Assembly: GCA_963850305.1 (NCBI GenBank)
Contig: CAWKKR010000004.1
Coordinates: 192,001-256,000, forward strand
DNA length: 64,000 nt
From: an uncultured delta proteobacterium
Lineage (GTDB): Bacteria > Myxococcota_A > Polyangia > Polyangiales > Polyangiaceae
Direction: 5' to 3'
Shown: in pieces, positions 9,725 to 19,944 of the stretch
How the letters are laid out: every line of letters begins with the position of its first letter
Numbering within the stretch: position 1 is the stretch's first letter
Notes under the pieces: model-generated
Told to the model about the DNA's origin: nothing
Database searches by the model: none
The model's input: the letters and a program-made list of their open reading frames with translations, nothing else
Program-made: the position numbers and the translations under genes

Positions 9725-11279
9725 TTAGCGTCTCGTGACCAGAAACAAGCCTCGTCCTTCGCGAATGATGTGAAGGAGCGTGCGAGCCTGCGACTTCACG
9801 TACGCTTCCTTGAATTTACCCACGTTCGCGACCGGTACCCGGTTGACCTCGAGCACGAGATCGCCCGGCCTGAGCCCGGAGTTCGCCGCGGGGCTGTCGG
9901 GGTCGACTTCCGTAACCACCACACCGGATTTCACATCAGCCGGAACGTCGAGCTTCTGACGAAGTTGAGGAGTCGAAATCCTGCAGCGTCAAGCCATCGA
10001 GCGCCCCCGTTGGCGCGCTTTGGTCGGCGCTCGCGACGTTGCCGCCCTTTTCGGGCAGCTCCCCGAGCGTCGCGGTGACGCCGATGGGCTTGCCGTCTCG
10101 CACCACATCGAGTTTCGCGGTCGCGCCCGCGCCGGCGGCGGCCACCGCGTTCCGGAACTCGCCGGTCGAGTTTACAGGCTCCCCATTGAACGCGAGCACG
10201 ACGTCCCCGCTCTTCATCGACGCCTTCGACGCAGGACCACCGGGCATGACCTCCGAGATCAGAATCCCCTGCAGCGAACTGAGTTTCATGGCCGATGCCA
10301 GATCCTGGTCGATGTCCTGGATGCCGACGCCGAGCCAGCCGCGAACGACTTTTCCGTGTTCGATGAGCGCCTTCATGATGGGCTGCGCCATGTTCGACGG
10401 AATGGCGAATCCGATGCCCATGTTGCCGCCGGTCCTCGACAAGATTGCCGTGTTGATCCCGATCAGCTTTCCCTCCATGTCGACGAGCGCTCCCCCGGAG
10501 TTGCCGGGATTGATGGCCGCGTCGGTCTGAATGAAGTCTTCGTAGGCCGCAATTCCCACGTTGGCTCTCCCCTTCGCGCTGACGATGCCCATCGTGATGG
10601 TCTGACCAACGCCGAATGGGTTGCCGATCGCGAGCACGACGTCTCCCAGACGCAGACGCGAGGAGTCTCCTATCTCGATCGGATGCAGACTCTTCACGTC
10701 CCCCGATAGCCGGAGCACCGCGACGTCGCTCTTCGCATCCGTCCCGATGACCTTCGCCGGAAACTCGCGCTTGTCGGCGGTCGTCACGCGGATCTCGTCG
10801 GCGCCGTCGACCACGTGATTGTTCGTGAGCACGATGCCGTCCGACGAGACTACGACTCCCGAACCGAGGCCGTGCTCGACTTGCCTCTGCTCCCGCGGCT
10901 CGCCACCGCCGGGGCCGAAGAAGTGACGAAAGAACGGGTCCTCGAAGAAGGGGCTATGCTCCGCGTCGGTCTTGACCGTGCGCGACGATGCGACGTTCAC
11001 GACGCTCGGCGCTGCCTTTTCCGCGATATCCGCGATCGACACCCCGGAAGAGCCCGTCTCTGCATAGGCGAACGCCGGATGGGGGAGGATCGCGTTGACC
11101 GCCGCGGACGCCCGCGACGTGACTATGGCCGGCGATGTCCCTCGAAGGCTCGACGAGGATATCGACGGGGGCCCGCCTCTGCCGGCACACGCGGTTGGCC
11201 AAGCGGCCAAGGCGCCGCTCAGCGCTCCAACGAACATCAATCTGTTAGCAAGGGACCTTCGATTCATCATTCTCTCCAT
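9725..11279 (-). CDS. degP: DegP/DegQ (Do-family) serine protease, two PDZ domains; +1 frameshift near 9975
   Basis: LTNNHVV, SDVAVL, QTDAAINPGNSGG; removing one base at ~9975-9978 joins LTLQD to xTPQLRQKLDVPADVKSGVVVTEV (PDZ2). Confidence 0.88.
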
Positions 11280-11339
11280 GCGTCGGTTTCGCGCGAGGCT
11301 TCCGGCTTTCCACCCATGGCGGACGGAGAGCCAACGTGC

Positions 11340-11364
11340 GACGAGGACATTTCATTCCGGTTCC
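11340..11364 (-). promoter_or_regulatory. Putative ECF (sigmaE-type) promoter of degP
   Basis: Minus strand GGAACC-N15-CGTC about 60 nt upstream of the degP start. Confidence 0.45.
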
Positions 11365-11451
11365 TCAAAAAGGGAAATTCGCCGGACTTCCGGCGACCTA
11401 CCGCTTCCAGGATGGACCTGCCAGCCGCGAACGCGCAGACTGCCGGTGACG

Positions 11452-12504
11452 CTAACGCGTGACCAGGTCGGCGATCTGGTCGGCGATCTGGTGGATCGGA
11501 ATGGAACGGGACACCACGCCGGCTCTGACGGCCGAGCCCGGCATCCCATAAATGACGGCCGTCTCCTCGCTCTCGGCCATCACGGTGCCACCCGCGGCGA
11601 CGATGGCGCGGGCCCCCTCGGTGCCGTCATCCCCCATACCGGTAAGAACGACCCCAATCGACCGCGTTCGCATGGCGCGCGCAACGCTCGCGAGGAGGCG
11701 GTTACCGCTCGGCGCGTATTTATCCTCCGGGGTGGGTGCGCCGAGCCGAATGCGGAGCTGTCCGCCCGGCAGCGCGTCGACCTCCATGCACTGGCGCCCC
11801 GGGCAGACGAACGCGCTCTGGGAGGTGACCAGATCTCCATCGACCGCCTCTGAGACGCGAAACGCGCTCTTCTTATCGAGTCTTTCCGCAAACGTTCGCG
11901 TGAAACGCTCGGGCATGTGCTGCGCCACGAGGATCGCGTAGTCGCCCTTGCCGGAAAGCTGCACGAACAGCTGAGCCAGGGCGGACGGCCCTCCCGTGGA
12001 AGCGACGATCGCGACGACTGAACGCGGAGCGAGGGACAACGCACCCGGCCGCACTCGCTCGCCTCGATTCGAGGACATGGGCAACATGCTCGGGCGCAGG
12101 TTCCGGGCGCGCTCGCTGCGAAAGGCGAGCACCTTCTGCACGAGGCCGTCGAGTGCCTCATCCGCTTCCGCACCCCCTATCTCGGGCTTCGCGACGAAAT
12201 CGACCGCTCCGAGCTCGAGCGCGCGAAACACATTTTCTTTGTGGCTGTAGCTCGAAACGACGATGACAGGCGTTGGCCGGCTCGCCATCAGGAGCCGAAG
12301 GAAGCTGAAGCCGTCCATCTTCGGCATCTCGAGGTCGAGCGTGATGACGTCCGGCTTGAGCTCGTACACCAGTTTCAGCGCCTCGGTCCCGTCCGCCGCT
12401 CGCGCTGCGACCTCCGCCTGACCGGATGCTTGAAGGCGTACCGTGATTGCGCGCCGGTTGATGGCGGAGTCGTCGACGACGAGGACACGCACTTTGTCCG
12501 TCAT
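11452..12504 (-). CDS. cheB: Chemotaxis methylesterase/response regulator
   Basis: Receiver VLVVDDS...LDLEMP; esterase ASTGG, QHMP, LTGMGDDG; start at MTDKVRV. Confidence 0.95.
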   Translation of the reverse strand: MTDKVRVLVVDDSAINRRAITVRLQASGQAEVAARAADGTEALKLVYELKPDVITLDLEMPKMDGFSFLRLLMASRPTPVIVVSSYSHKENVFRALELGAVDFVAKPEIGGAEADEALDGLVQKVLAFRSERARNLRPSMLPMSSNRGERVRPGALSLAPRSVVAIVASTGGPSALAQLFVQLSGKGDYAILVAQHMPERFTRTFAERLDKKSAFRVSEAVDGDLVTSQSAFVCPGRQCMEVDALPGGQLRIRLGAPTPEDKYAPSGNRLLASVARAMRTRSIGVVLTGMGDDGTEGARAIVAAGGTVMAESEETAVIYGMPGSAVRAGVVSRSIPIHQIADQIADLVTR

Positions 12505-13403
12505 CGCGGCTTGCCCTCTTTGCCGGGCGCGAGCGGGCGCCGGTAAACGAAATCCGATGACAGATGCACGAGCTCGAAGGCGGTGGACAGGTTCAAGAGG
12601 GACTCCGAATGCCCGAGAAGCAAATACCCCCCTGGCACCAGGCGCTCGTAGAGATTGTCGATGACCCGCCGACGCGATCCGGGGTCGAAGTAAATGAGCA
12701 CGTTCCGGCAAAACACCGCGTCGATGCGACCGAGTGTCGACGCCTTCAGACCGTCGAGGAGGTTCAGATGTCCGAAGTAGCACGACTTCCGAAGCCAATC
12801 GACGACATGCGTTCCATCCTCCCGTTCGACAAAGTACGCCGACCGGAATGCGTCGGGCGCCGAGCGGAACGCACTGCCGCGATAGACGCCGCGACGCGCC
12901 GCGGCGACGCTCGTTTTCGAGATGTCGCTGCCGACGATGCGGACGTCCCAGTCGATGAAGGAGCCCGACTGATGCACCATCGCCGCGATGGAGTAGGCCT
13001 CTTCACCCGTGGAGCAGCCTGCGCTCCAGATCGCGAGTCGACGTTTGTCGGCGTTGGCCAGCGAGAGTTTCGGGAGGATCTCGTCGCGAAATGCCGTGAG
13101 CTGGTACTCCTGACGCAGAAAATAAGTCTCGTTGGTGGTCAGGGCCTCGATCGCTTCCTCGAGCTCCGAGCGACCCCGAACGTTGAAGCGCAGATACTTG
13201 TAGTACTCGTCGAAGCCGAGCAGGTCGAGCGCGGCGACTCGTTCGCCGAGGCGTCGATCGAACAGGTACGCGGAGCCGTCGTCGAAATGGAGCCCCGCAT
13301 GCTCGTTCACGAGATCCCGGAGGAGCCGGAATTCCTCGGGGCGGATCCGTTGTCGGAGCTCCTGACGATCGCCCATGCCCATGAAGAGGCCTTCTCGTCT
13401 CAC
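12501..13403 (-). CDS. cheR: Chemotaxis methyltransferase
   Basis: TTNETYFLR, IWSAGCSTGEEAYS, FCRNVLIYFD, LGHSESL. Confidence 0.96.
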   Translation of the reverse strand: MRREGLFMGMGDRQELRQRIRPEEFRLLRDLVNEHAGLHFDDGSAYLFDRRLGERVAALDLLGFDEYYKYLRFNVRGRSELEEAIEALTTNETYFLRQEYQLTAFRDEILPKLSLANADKRRLAIWSAGCSTGEEAYSIAAMVHQSGSFIDWDVRIVGSDISKTSVAAARRGVYRGSAFRSAPDAFRSAYFVEREDGTHVVDWLRKSCYFGHLNLLDGLKASTLGRIDAVFCRNVLIYFDPGSRRRVIDNLYERLVPGGYLLLGHSESLLNLSTAFELVHLSSDFVYRRPLAPGKEGKPR

Positions 13404-13416
13404 GGAGCTCCTTCCC

Positions 13417-15519
13417 TCACCCGGCCCCGCCGCCTAGTGGCGGCATGGTCCGGCGAACCGGAGTTCCTTCGCCTTCTGATAGGCTCCGCTGAATCTCCTC
13501 GCGAACGAGTGCCTCACGTTCGTGCACGAGGCGCTGTCTCAGCAGATCCCGAGCGTCCGCGCGACGCCCGAGGAGTTCGGCCGCAAGCCGGCGGACATCC
13601 CACGCCTCGTGATCGAGACAGGAGGCGACGTGCGCCATGACGCGCGGATTGGACTCGTCCCTCGCCACGGCACGGAGCGCGGCCTTCACGACCTCGGGCT
13701 CGGGACGCGATAGGGCATGGATCAGTGCGTCGGTGCGATCCGGCGCGTCGAGACGAGAGAGCGCTTCGACTGCTGCGACGGCGCGCACAGCCGTCCCTTG
13801 CCGTGCAACCCCGCGCAGCACGTCGAGCGCGCCCGGATCGTTGGTATCTCCGAGCGCTTCGATCGCCGCGACCCCCACGGCGTCGTCAGCAACGTTGCCC
13901 ACGACTTCGAGCAAATGCCCGACGCCTGCGGCACGGCCATTCTCGTCGCGCATCCGTCCGAGAGCACGAATGGCCGCTAGTTGCACCTCGGGCGCCTCGT
14001 CCGTGATGCCGAACGAAACGGCCTCGATTGCGGCCGCTCCCTCGAATCGAGACAATGCGTCGAAAGCGGCGCGCCGCGCGACTCCGCTTTGGTTCGACGC
14101 GGCATCGGCCAGAAAAGCGACGTCTTGAGCAACGCTCCCGAAGACGGACTCCGGGCGAACGGTCATGATGACGGCGGCCACGACGGCATCGTCTGCGTCG
14201 GGTCTGCACTGACGCGCCAGGGCGCGTGAGGCTTCCGGGTATCGCGTCGCAGTCGCGGCGAGTGCGAGCGCAGCGGCCTGGCGGAGCGCTGGTGACGAGT
14301 CCGGCAAGAGAAAGCGGGTCGCCAGCCCGAACGTGCCCTCGTCCCCGATGCGCCGGAGCGCGCCCAGTGCGGCGCGCACGACGTCCGGAGCGCCGTCCTC
14401 GGTCGCGTCGAGGATGGCCTGCGATGCGATGGCGCGCGACGATTCGTCCGCGAGCCGCCCAAGCTGTTCGACGCACGCCGCGCGTTCCTGCGAAGAGCCA
14501 GCCCGGGCGCGGCGCGACAGCGCGAGGATCGCCGCCGGGCCGAGCATTTCGAGCGCGCGCTCCGCTTCGCTCGCCACGCGATCATCGGCCAGCGCGTCGA
14601 TGACCGCCTCCGCCGCCTCCGAGGTACCGAGCACGCCGACGATGAGCAACACGCAGCGCCGCGCCTCGAGATCGTCGCTCGCGCGCCGCGCCTCGTCGAC
14701 GAGACGGCGGCGCTGCTTCTCCTCCAGGCCACCCAGCGCTGTCCGGGCGGCGCGTCGCGCCGCCGGATCGTCACCGACGAACGTGGCGAGCGCATGCAAC
14801 GCCGACCTGCGAGTGCGCCCCTCGGCCGTGGCGAGCCATCGAGCAAGGTGAGGTGCAGCGTCGACGTGGCCGGAAAGCCCCGCGGCGACCAGCGCGGCCT
14901 CTCGGAACAGGGGATCTTCCACGTGGGGTCGGAGAAGCGGGAATCCGACCGGTGCGCCCAGGCGATTCAGCCCTTCCAGGGCACCGAGAACGGCGAGCGC
15001 GTCCTGGCTGACGAGACACCGCTCGAGCAGCGTAACGGCCCGTTCCACGTCGACGCGGCCCGCAATGGGGATCGCCTCGATCGCCGCGGCGCGTACATTC
15101 ACGTCGTCGTCGTCGAGGAGCTCTTCGAGCTGGCGCAACGCCCCCGGGTCGCCGGTACGCGAGAGGGCCTCCGCGGCGAGCTTCCGGCCGTCTGCGTCTA
15201 GACCGGGCATGGCCGAGCCGATGGCCTCGACGGCGCGAGAGCCGAACGCGGTCAGTGCTTCCACCGCCGCGTTCCTCAACCCGACGTTGTCGCCGGGCTC
15301 GAACGCTTTCACGAGGGCCTCCAACACCGCTCGAGACGCAGGCAGGCCGGGCGCGATACCAACGGCCTCCTTTCGGACTCGCCAATCGGGATCGCCCAGG
15401 GCGGCGATCAAGAGGCGCGACTGATCAGCGTCCGGCGCCTTCGCGATGTCGGCGACGGCACGTCGGCGCTCCTCCGGATCGCGCGAACCAAGACCCGTCT
15501 CCCCGCTGGCCATCGTCAC
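13417..15519 (-). CDS. HEAT-repeat protein inside the che operon
   Basis: Repeats such as LGDPDWRVRKEAV, LDDDDVNVRAAAI, LDHEAWDVRRLAA. Confidence 0.88.
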   Translation of the reverse strand: MTMASGETGLGSRDPEERRRAVADIAKAPDADQSRLLIAALGDPDWRVRKEAVGIAPGLPASRAVLEALVKAFEPGDNVGLRNAAVEALTAFGSRAVEAIGSAMPGLDADGRKLAAEALSRTGDPGALRQLEELLDDDDVNVRAAAIEAIPIAGRVDVERAVTLLERCLVSQDALAVLGALEGLNRLGAPVGFPLLRPHVEDPLFREAALVAAGLSGHVDAAPHLARWLATAEGRTRRSALHALATFVGDDPAARRAARTALGGLEEKQRRRLVDEARRASDDLEARRCVLLIVGVLGTSEAAEAVIDALADDRVASEAERALEMLGPAAILALSRRARAGSSQERAACVEQLGRLADESSRAIASQAILDATEDGAPDVVRAALGALRRIGDEGTFGLATRFLLPDSSPALRQAAALALAATATRYPEASRALARQCRPDADDAVVAAVIMTVRPESVFGSVAQDVAFLADAASNQSGVARRAAFDALSRFEGAAAIEAVSFGITDEAPEVQLAAIRALGRMRDENGRAAGVGHLLEVVGNVADDAVGVAAIEALGDTNDPGALDVLRGVARQGTAVRAVAAVEALSRLDAPDRTDALIHALSRPEPEVVKAALRAVARDESNPRVMAHVASCLDHEAWDVRRLAAELLGRRADARDLLRQRLVHEREALVREEIQRSLSEGEGTPVRRTMPPLGGGAG

Positions 15520-15998
15520 GCTCCGAGCCTCGGAAGGTCGCCAGAGATGCCATCCGTCAACGCCTCGAATCGATTGACGTCGAGGATGAATGTCAGGGTG
15601 CCCTCGAAGGACGTGACCCCGCTGATCCCTCGGGCGTCCTCCCCACCCCCGAGCGCCGGAGCGGGGCGAATCCGCTCGCGACCACTACCGAAAGCATCGA
15701 TGATACGGTCCACGATGAGTCCCACGATCCGCTCCCCGAGCGAGAGCAACACCCATTTCGATCGGGATTGATCCGTCGACGGCGCGAGCCCGAATCGCGC
15801 GCGCAAGTCGACGGCGACGATCACCTCTCCACGATAGTCTGCCACGCCCGCGATGGCGCCATCGAGGTGGGGGAGCGCGGTCAGGGTCAGCGGATTCACG
15901 ATTGCCCTCACGACGGCTATCGGGACCGCGTAGGCGACGTCACCGACGACGAAGCCGACGAGATTTTTGTTCGGCCCGGAACGGACCCGCGACCTCAT
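15516..15998 (-). CDS. cheW: CheW coupling protein
   Basis: GFVVGDVAYAVPI, GVADYRGEVIVAVDLR, GLIVDR; start at MRSRVRS. Confidence 0.9.
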   Translation of the reverse strand: MRSRVRSGPNKNLVGFVVGDVAYAVPIAVVRAIVNPLTLTALPHLDGAIAGVADYRGEVIVAVDLRARFGLAPSTDQSRSKWVLLSLGERIVGLIVDRIIDAFGSGRERIRPAPALGGGEDARGISGVTSFEGTLTFILDVNRFEALTDGISGDLPRLGA

Positions 15999-16480
15999 GT
16001 TTCCACCACCGAGGCCAGATCGAGCAGGACCAGGAACTCGCCGTCGGGACGCCCCACGCCGAGGACGTGATCGGACAAGTCGCCACCGAGCAAGCTCGAC
16101 GTGAGCTCGATCTCCGCGCTGGAGAGGCGCACGACGTGGCGCACCTCGTCCACGAGGAGCCCGAGTACCTCGCCGGAGTCCGTGTTCGCGAGCAGGATCC
16201 GCGAAAGGCGGGAGACCGGACTTTCCACGAGCTTCAGACGACGGCGCAAGTCGACCACCGTCACCAGGAGTCCGCGCACGCTGCATACCCCGACGACGTC
16301 CGCTGGCGCACGCGGCACCTCCGTGACAGGCGGTGAGCTTACGATCTCCCGGATCCGCGCGAGCTCGACGGCATACACGTCCGACCCGAGACGGAAGGAC
16401 AGGAACTCACGAAGCGCAGAGTGCGCCGCGGGCTCGAGTCGATCGAGGATCGAGGGGCCGGCCTTCCCGAGCTCAGGCAT
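15995..16480 (-). CDS. cheW: CheW coupling protein (second copy)
   Basis: FRLGSDVYAV, REIV, TEVPRAP, GVCSVRG, GLLVDEV; start at MPELGKA. Confidence 0.92.
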   Translation of the reverse strand: MPELGKAGPSILDRLEPAAHSALREFLSFRLGSDVYAVELARIREIVSSPPVTEVPRAPADVVGVCSVRGLLVTVVDLRRRLKLVESPVSRLSRILLANTDSGEVLGLLVDEVRHVVRLSSAEIELTSSLLGGDLSDHVLGVGRPDGEFLVLLDLASVVET

Positions 16481-18599
16481 GTCCCAGCTGCCTTTCGCGG
16501 GCGATGTCCACGAACCTGAGCGTCTCATCGATCAGCGCCGCGGGATCCAGCACCAAGGCCACGCGCTGATCACCGAGCTCGGTCGCACCCGAGAAACCAC
16601 GCACCCCGTTCAGTGATTTGCCGAGGGGCTTGATGACGATGTCCTGCTGCCCTTGGAGATCGTCCACGGCAATGCCCAATCGCCGGGCACCGAGCATCGC
16701 GACGACAACGTACCTGCGCTTGGGCGGTGCCGTTCCCGGCGGAAGGGATAACCCGAAGATCCCGCCGAGACGACAGATGGGGAGCGTCGCGCCACGGAGA
16801 GTCATGACTTCTCTGCCGTCGATGACGCGCACCTGGGATTCGTCGAGCGTCGTGGCTTCGGCGACACTCGTCAGGGGCATCGCGAAGGGACGCCCGGCGA
16901 CGCGGACGAGCAGGGCGCTGACGATCGCGAGCGTGACGGGCAAAGTCAACGTGAGCTTCGTGCCGATCTCGGTCTCGCTATGCACGTCGATGACGCCACC
17001 GAGCCGCGAGATGTTCGTCTTCACGACGTCCATGCCGACCCCGCGTCCGCTGTAGTCGCTCGCCTCCTCGCGCGTCGACAGCCCCGGAAGGAAAATGAGA
17101 TTCAAGATCTCCGCTCGCGTGAGCTGATCGACCTCCTCGAGGTGGACTTTGCCGAGCGTGACCGCCCGGTCCACGATCGCTGCTTCGTCGATGCCGTGGC
17201 CGTCGTCTTCGACCTCGATGACGACGTGGTTACCCTTCTGGAATGCATTCAGGGCAATCGTTCCCGCACGGGGTTTGCCGACTCGCCTTCGCTCTTCGGC
17301 GTCTTCGATACCGTGATCGATGGCGTTCCTCACGACGTGCATCAACGGGTCGCTCAGCTCCTCGACGATGAGCTTGTCGATCTCCGTCTCCGCGCCCGTT
17401 ATGACGAGCCGGATCTCTTTGTCCATTTCGCGGCCGATTTGCCGGACCACACGCGCGAGGCGGTCGAAGACCTGACCGAGTGGCACCATGCGAACTTCGA
17501 GGATGCCGCCCTGGAGTTCGCCCAGTCTGCGGTCGAAACTCCGCTGGATGCTGTGGAGCTCCGAACCCAGCTGACGACTGGCCTCTGCGCGAATCTTCTC
17601 GCCGAATCGGGCAAGCGCGTTCTTGACGATCGCGAGCTCGCCCACGACGTTCATCAGCGCGTCGAGTTTCCGGATGTCGACGCGAACGGTCTGCGCGACG
17701 GCCCTGAGCGCCGCAGCATGTTCAGGCGCATCGACGGGGCGTTCGGAGAGCACGGGCTCGCGCGAATGCGAGCGCGCGGGTACCGGCACCGAGTCGAGCG
17801 TGGCCCCCGCGATCGAATCGCGCACGGGTGGCGCGGTGTCGCTGGGCACTTCGCCCTTGGTCGGGATGGCGTCGATCTTCGTGTTCGGACCACCGAGTGA
17901 CACCTCGAGAGCGCTTTTCGACGATGAAGACGCGAGCAACAGATCGAGCTGGATACTGTCGACGTCCGTGCTCGCGCCCGTCGGCAAGTACGTGATTACC
18001 TCTCCGTGAACCTTCGCCCGCGCCTTGATGTCCTCCAGCGCCTTGTCGATCGTCGCGAGATCGAAATCGACGCGCACCCGGAACAGTAATAGCCCCTGCT
18101 CGATCGACGATCGAAGACGGTGCTCCTCGTATTCGGTGAGCACCGCGAGCATGGCCGCGTCGAGCTCGAACCGCGAAAACGGGTTCGTTCGCGGTTCCCT
18201 GCTGCCACCGAGGTTTCCGAACTCCTGGACGAGGTCATCTATCGCGGGCAGCGGATCGTCGGAGCGTGTGCGCTCCACGCCGAGAGCGAGACCGTACAGC
18301 TCGATCGCGCGGAACAGGAGATCCAGAACCTCTGGCGTCAGGGGATGACGGCCGAGGCGCAGCGAATCGAGCACGTCCTCCAGACGATGCGACAGCGTGC
18401 TCACCTTCTTCGCTCCGAAGAGCCCGGCGAGCCCCTTCAACGTGTGCACGGCCCGGAACGCCTCGTTGACGAGTCCCGGATCTTCGCGTCCGGCCTTGAG
18501 CATCGCGTCGATGGCCAGCAGGTTGCGCGAGAGCGACTCCACGAGCTCCTGCGCTTCCGAGAAAAACTCCTCGCGAGCCTTGTCGAGCCCTTCAACCAT
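16473..18599 (-). CDS. cheA: Chemotaxis histidine kinase
   Basis: Hpt FRAVHTLKGLAG, DPLMHVVRNAIDHGIE, EDDGHG, SGRGVGMDVV, C-terminal CheW domain. Confidence 0.97.
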   Translation of the reverse strand: MVEGLDKAREEFFSEAQELVESLSRNLLAIDAMLKAGREDPGLVNEAFRAVHTLKGLAGLFGAKKVSTLSHRLEDVLDSLRLGRHPLTPEVLDLLFRAIELYGLALGVERTRSDDPLPAIDDLVQEFGNLGGSREPRTNPFSRFELDAAMLAVLTEYEEHRLRSSIEQGLLLFRVRVDFDLATIDKALEDIKARAKVHGEVITYLPTGASTDVDSIQLDLLLASSSSKSALEVSLGGPNTKIDAIPTKGEVPSDTAPPVRDSIAGATLDSVPVPARSHSREPVLSERPVDAPEHAAALRAVAQTVRVDIRKLDALMNVVGELAIVKNALARFGEKIRAEASRQLGSELHSIQRSFDRRLGELQGGILEVRMVPLGQVFDRLARVVRQIGREMDKEIRLVITGAETEIDKLIVEELSDPLMHVVRNAIDHGIEDAEERRRVGKPRAGTIALNAFQKGNHVVIEVEDDGHGIDEAAIVDRAVTLGKVHLEEVDQLTRAEILNLIFLPGLSTREEASDYSGRGVGMDVVKTNISRLGGVIDVHSETEIGTKLTLTLPVTLAIVSALLVRVAGRPFAMPLTSVAEATTLDESQVRVIDGREVMTLRGATLPICRLGGIFGLSLPPGTAPPKRRYVVVAMLGARRLGIAVDDLQGQQDIVIKPLGKSLNGVRGFSGATELGDQRVALVLDPAALIDETLRFVDIARERQLGHA

Positions 18600-18999
18600 C
18601 TTTTCGCGCGGGCGACCGCCCCTTCTCGAGCTGCGCTTTGACGCGGTCGCGAAGTTCCTCGGGCGTGAACGGCTTCACGACGTAGCCGTCGGCCCCGAGT
18701 GACAGCGCACGGGCTCGATCGCGCTCCGATGACTGGGTGGAAATCAGCAAGACGGGAGTCGCGCGATGGTGCTCGTTGTTACGGATGAACTGAATCAGCT
18801 CGAGCCCGTTGATGTCGGGCATGTTGATGTCGGTGATGACGAGATCGTACGGGCCGCGGGGCAGCAGCCGGAGCGCATCGAACCCTCCCGACGCTTCGAC
18901 CACATCCATGGAACCGAGCTCGTCCGCGCCCGCCTCCAGCGAGGAACGGACGAAGGAGCGCATCGTGAACGAGTCCTCGACGACGAGAATCTTCGGCAC
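18592..18999 (-). CDS. cheY: Single-domain response regulator (CheY-like)
   Basis: ILVVEDS, TDINMPDING, YVVKPF; overlaps cheA start. Confidence 0.85.
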   Translation of the reverse strand: MPKILVVEDSFTMRSFVRSSLEAGADELGSMDVVEASGGFDALRLLPRGPYDLVITDINMPDINGLELIQFIRNNEHHRATPVLLISTQSSERDRARALSLGADGYVVKPFTPEELRDRVKAQLEKGRSPARKDG

Positions 19000-19002
19000 G
19001 GT

Positions 19003-19887
19003 CTAACCCTTGTGCTCCTTCTTCGCGTCGAGCGGTAGGATCTGGCGGGTAACCGGTTGCGCATCGAAAACGGTCATGAGCCAGTTCTCCAGGTCCGCGA
19101 AGATCGGCGCGCCTTCGGCGGAGAGCCCGAAGGCACCGTGCCCCTGGCCATCGTAGGATTTCACCGTGGCGAGATCCTTCGCCATCCGCGATAGCGCGTC
19201 CATCGGGTCGAGCGCGACGTTGTCGCCCTTCGCCGCGGCGAGGAACGATGGAAGCGTTCGAACGTCGGCGAAGGGATGGTACACGTCGAAGCCCTGAATC
19301 GCGGCGCCCGGCGAGACCAGCGCCACCGCGACCACCCGCGCGTCTTCACTCGCTGCCCGAGCCGCGAGTGCAGCGCCGAGCGACGAACCCACGACGACGG
19401 CGCGGGTGGCCTTCGAGCGCTCGAAGCCGTAGTCGAGCGCCGCCAGAACGTCCCCCACGAACGCCGGAGCGTCCTTCTCCTTCATATCCGCCCAGTCGAG
19501 CCGCTTCTTGCCGCTCGCCGACTTCGATTCCCCGTGGCCCCGCAGATCGAAATTGACGATCGTGTATCGGTGCTCCGCAGAGGCGAGAAGGTTTGCCAGT
19601 GGCGCCCATTCTTGCCGGTCGCCGCGGTACCGGTGGACGAACACCAGCACGGGCGCCGTCTCGTCCTTCGCTAGATAAATGGTGCCCGACAGCGGGATCT
19701 TGTCGCGGGTCTCGAACGTGATCGCCTGGGAAGGTGTCGGCGGCTCTTTGGGTTTCTCCGGGGGCGCGGCCGAAGTGGACGCCGAAGCCACGGGCTCGAC
19801 GCCCCTGGTCGCGCCCTTCGGCCCGTGCCGTCCATTGCATGCCAGCGCGGTCAACCCGGCCGCAGCTACAGCGGGAACGAAGCGCAT
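19003..19887 (-). CDS. Alpha/beta hydrolase-fold lipoprotein
   Basis: Lipobox ALAC, FDLRGHGES, nucleophile elbow GSSLG, C-terminal GHG. Confidence 0.8.
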   Translation of the reverse strand: MRFVPAVAAAGLTALACNGRHGPKGATRGVEPVASASTSAAPPEKPKEPPTPSQAITFETRDKIPLSGTIYLAKDETAPVLVFVHRYRGDRQEWAPLANLLASAEHRYTIVNFDLRGHGESKSASGKKRLDWADMKEKDAPAFVGDVLAALDYGFERSKATRAVVVGSSLGAALAARAASEDARVVAVALVSPGAAIQGFDVYHPFADVRTLPSFLAAAKGDNVALDPMDALSRMAKDLATVKSYDGQGHGAFGLSAEGAPIFADLENWLMTVFDAQPVTRQILPLDAKKEHKG

Positions 19888-19944
19888 TGATCCATCCTAC
19901 CAGGAAGGACGAGCGCGGGGGATTCTCGCTGCTTCGAGTGTGCT

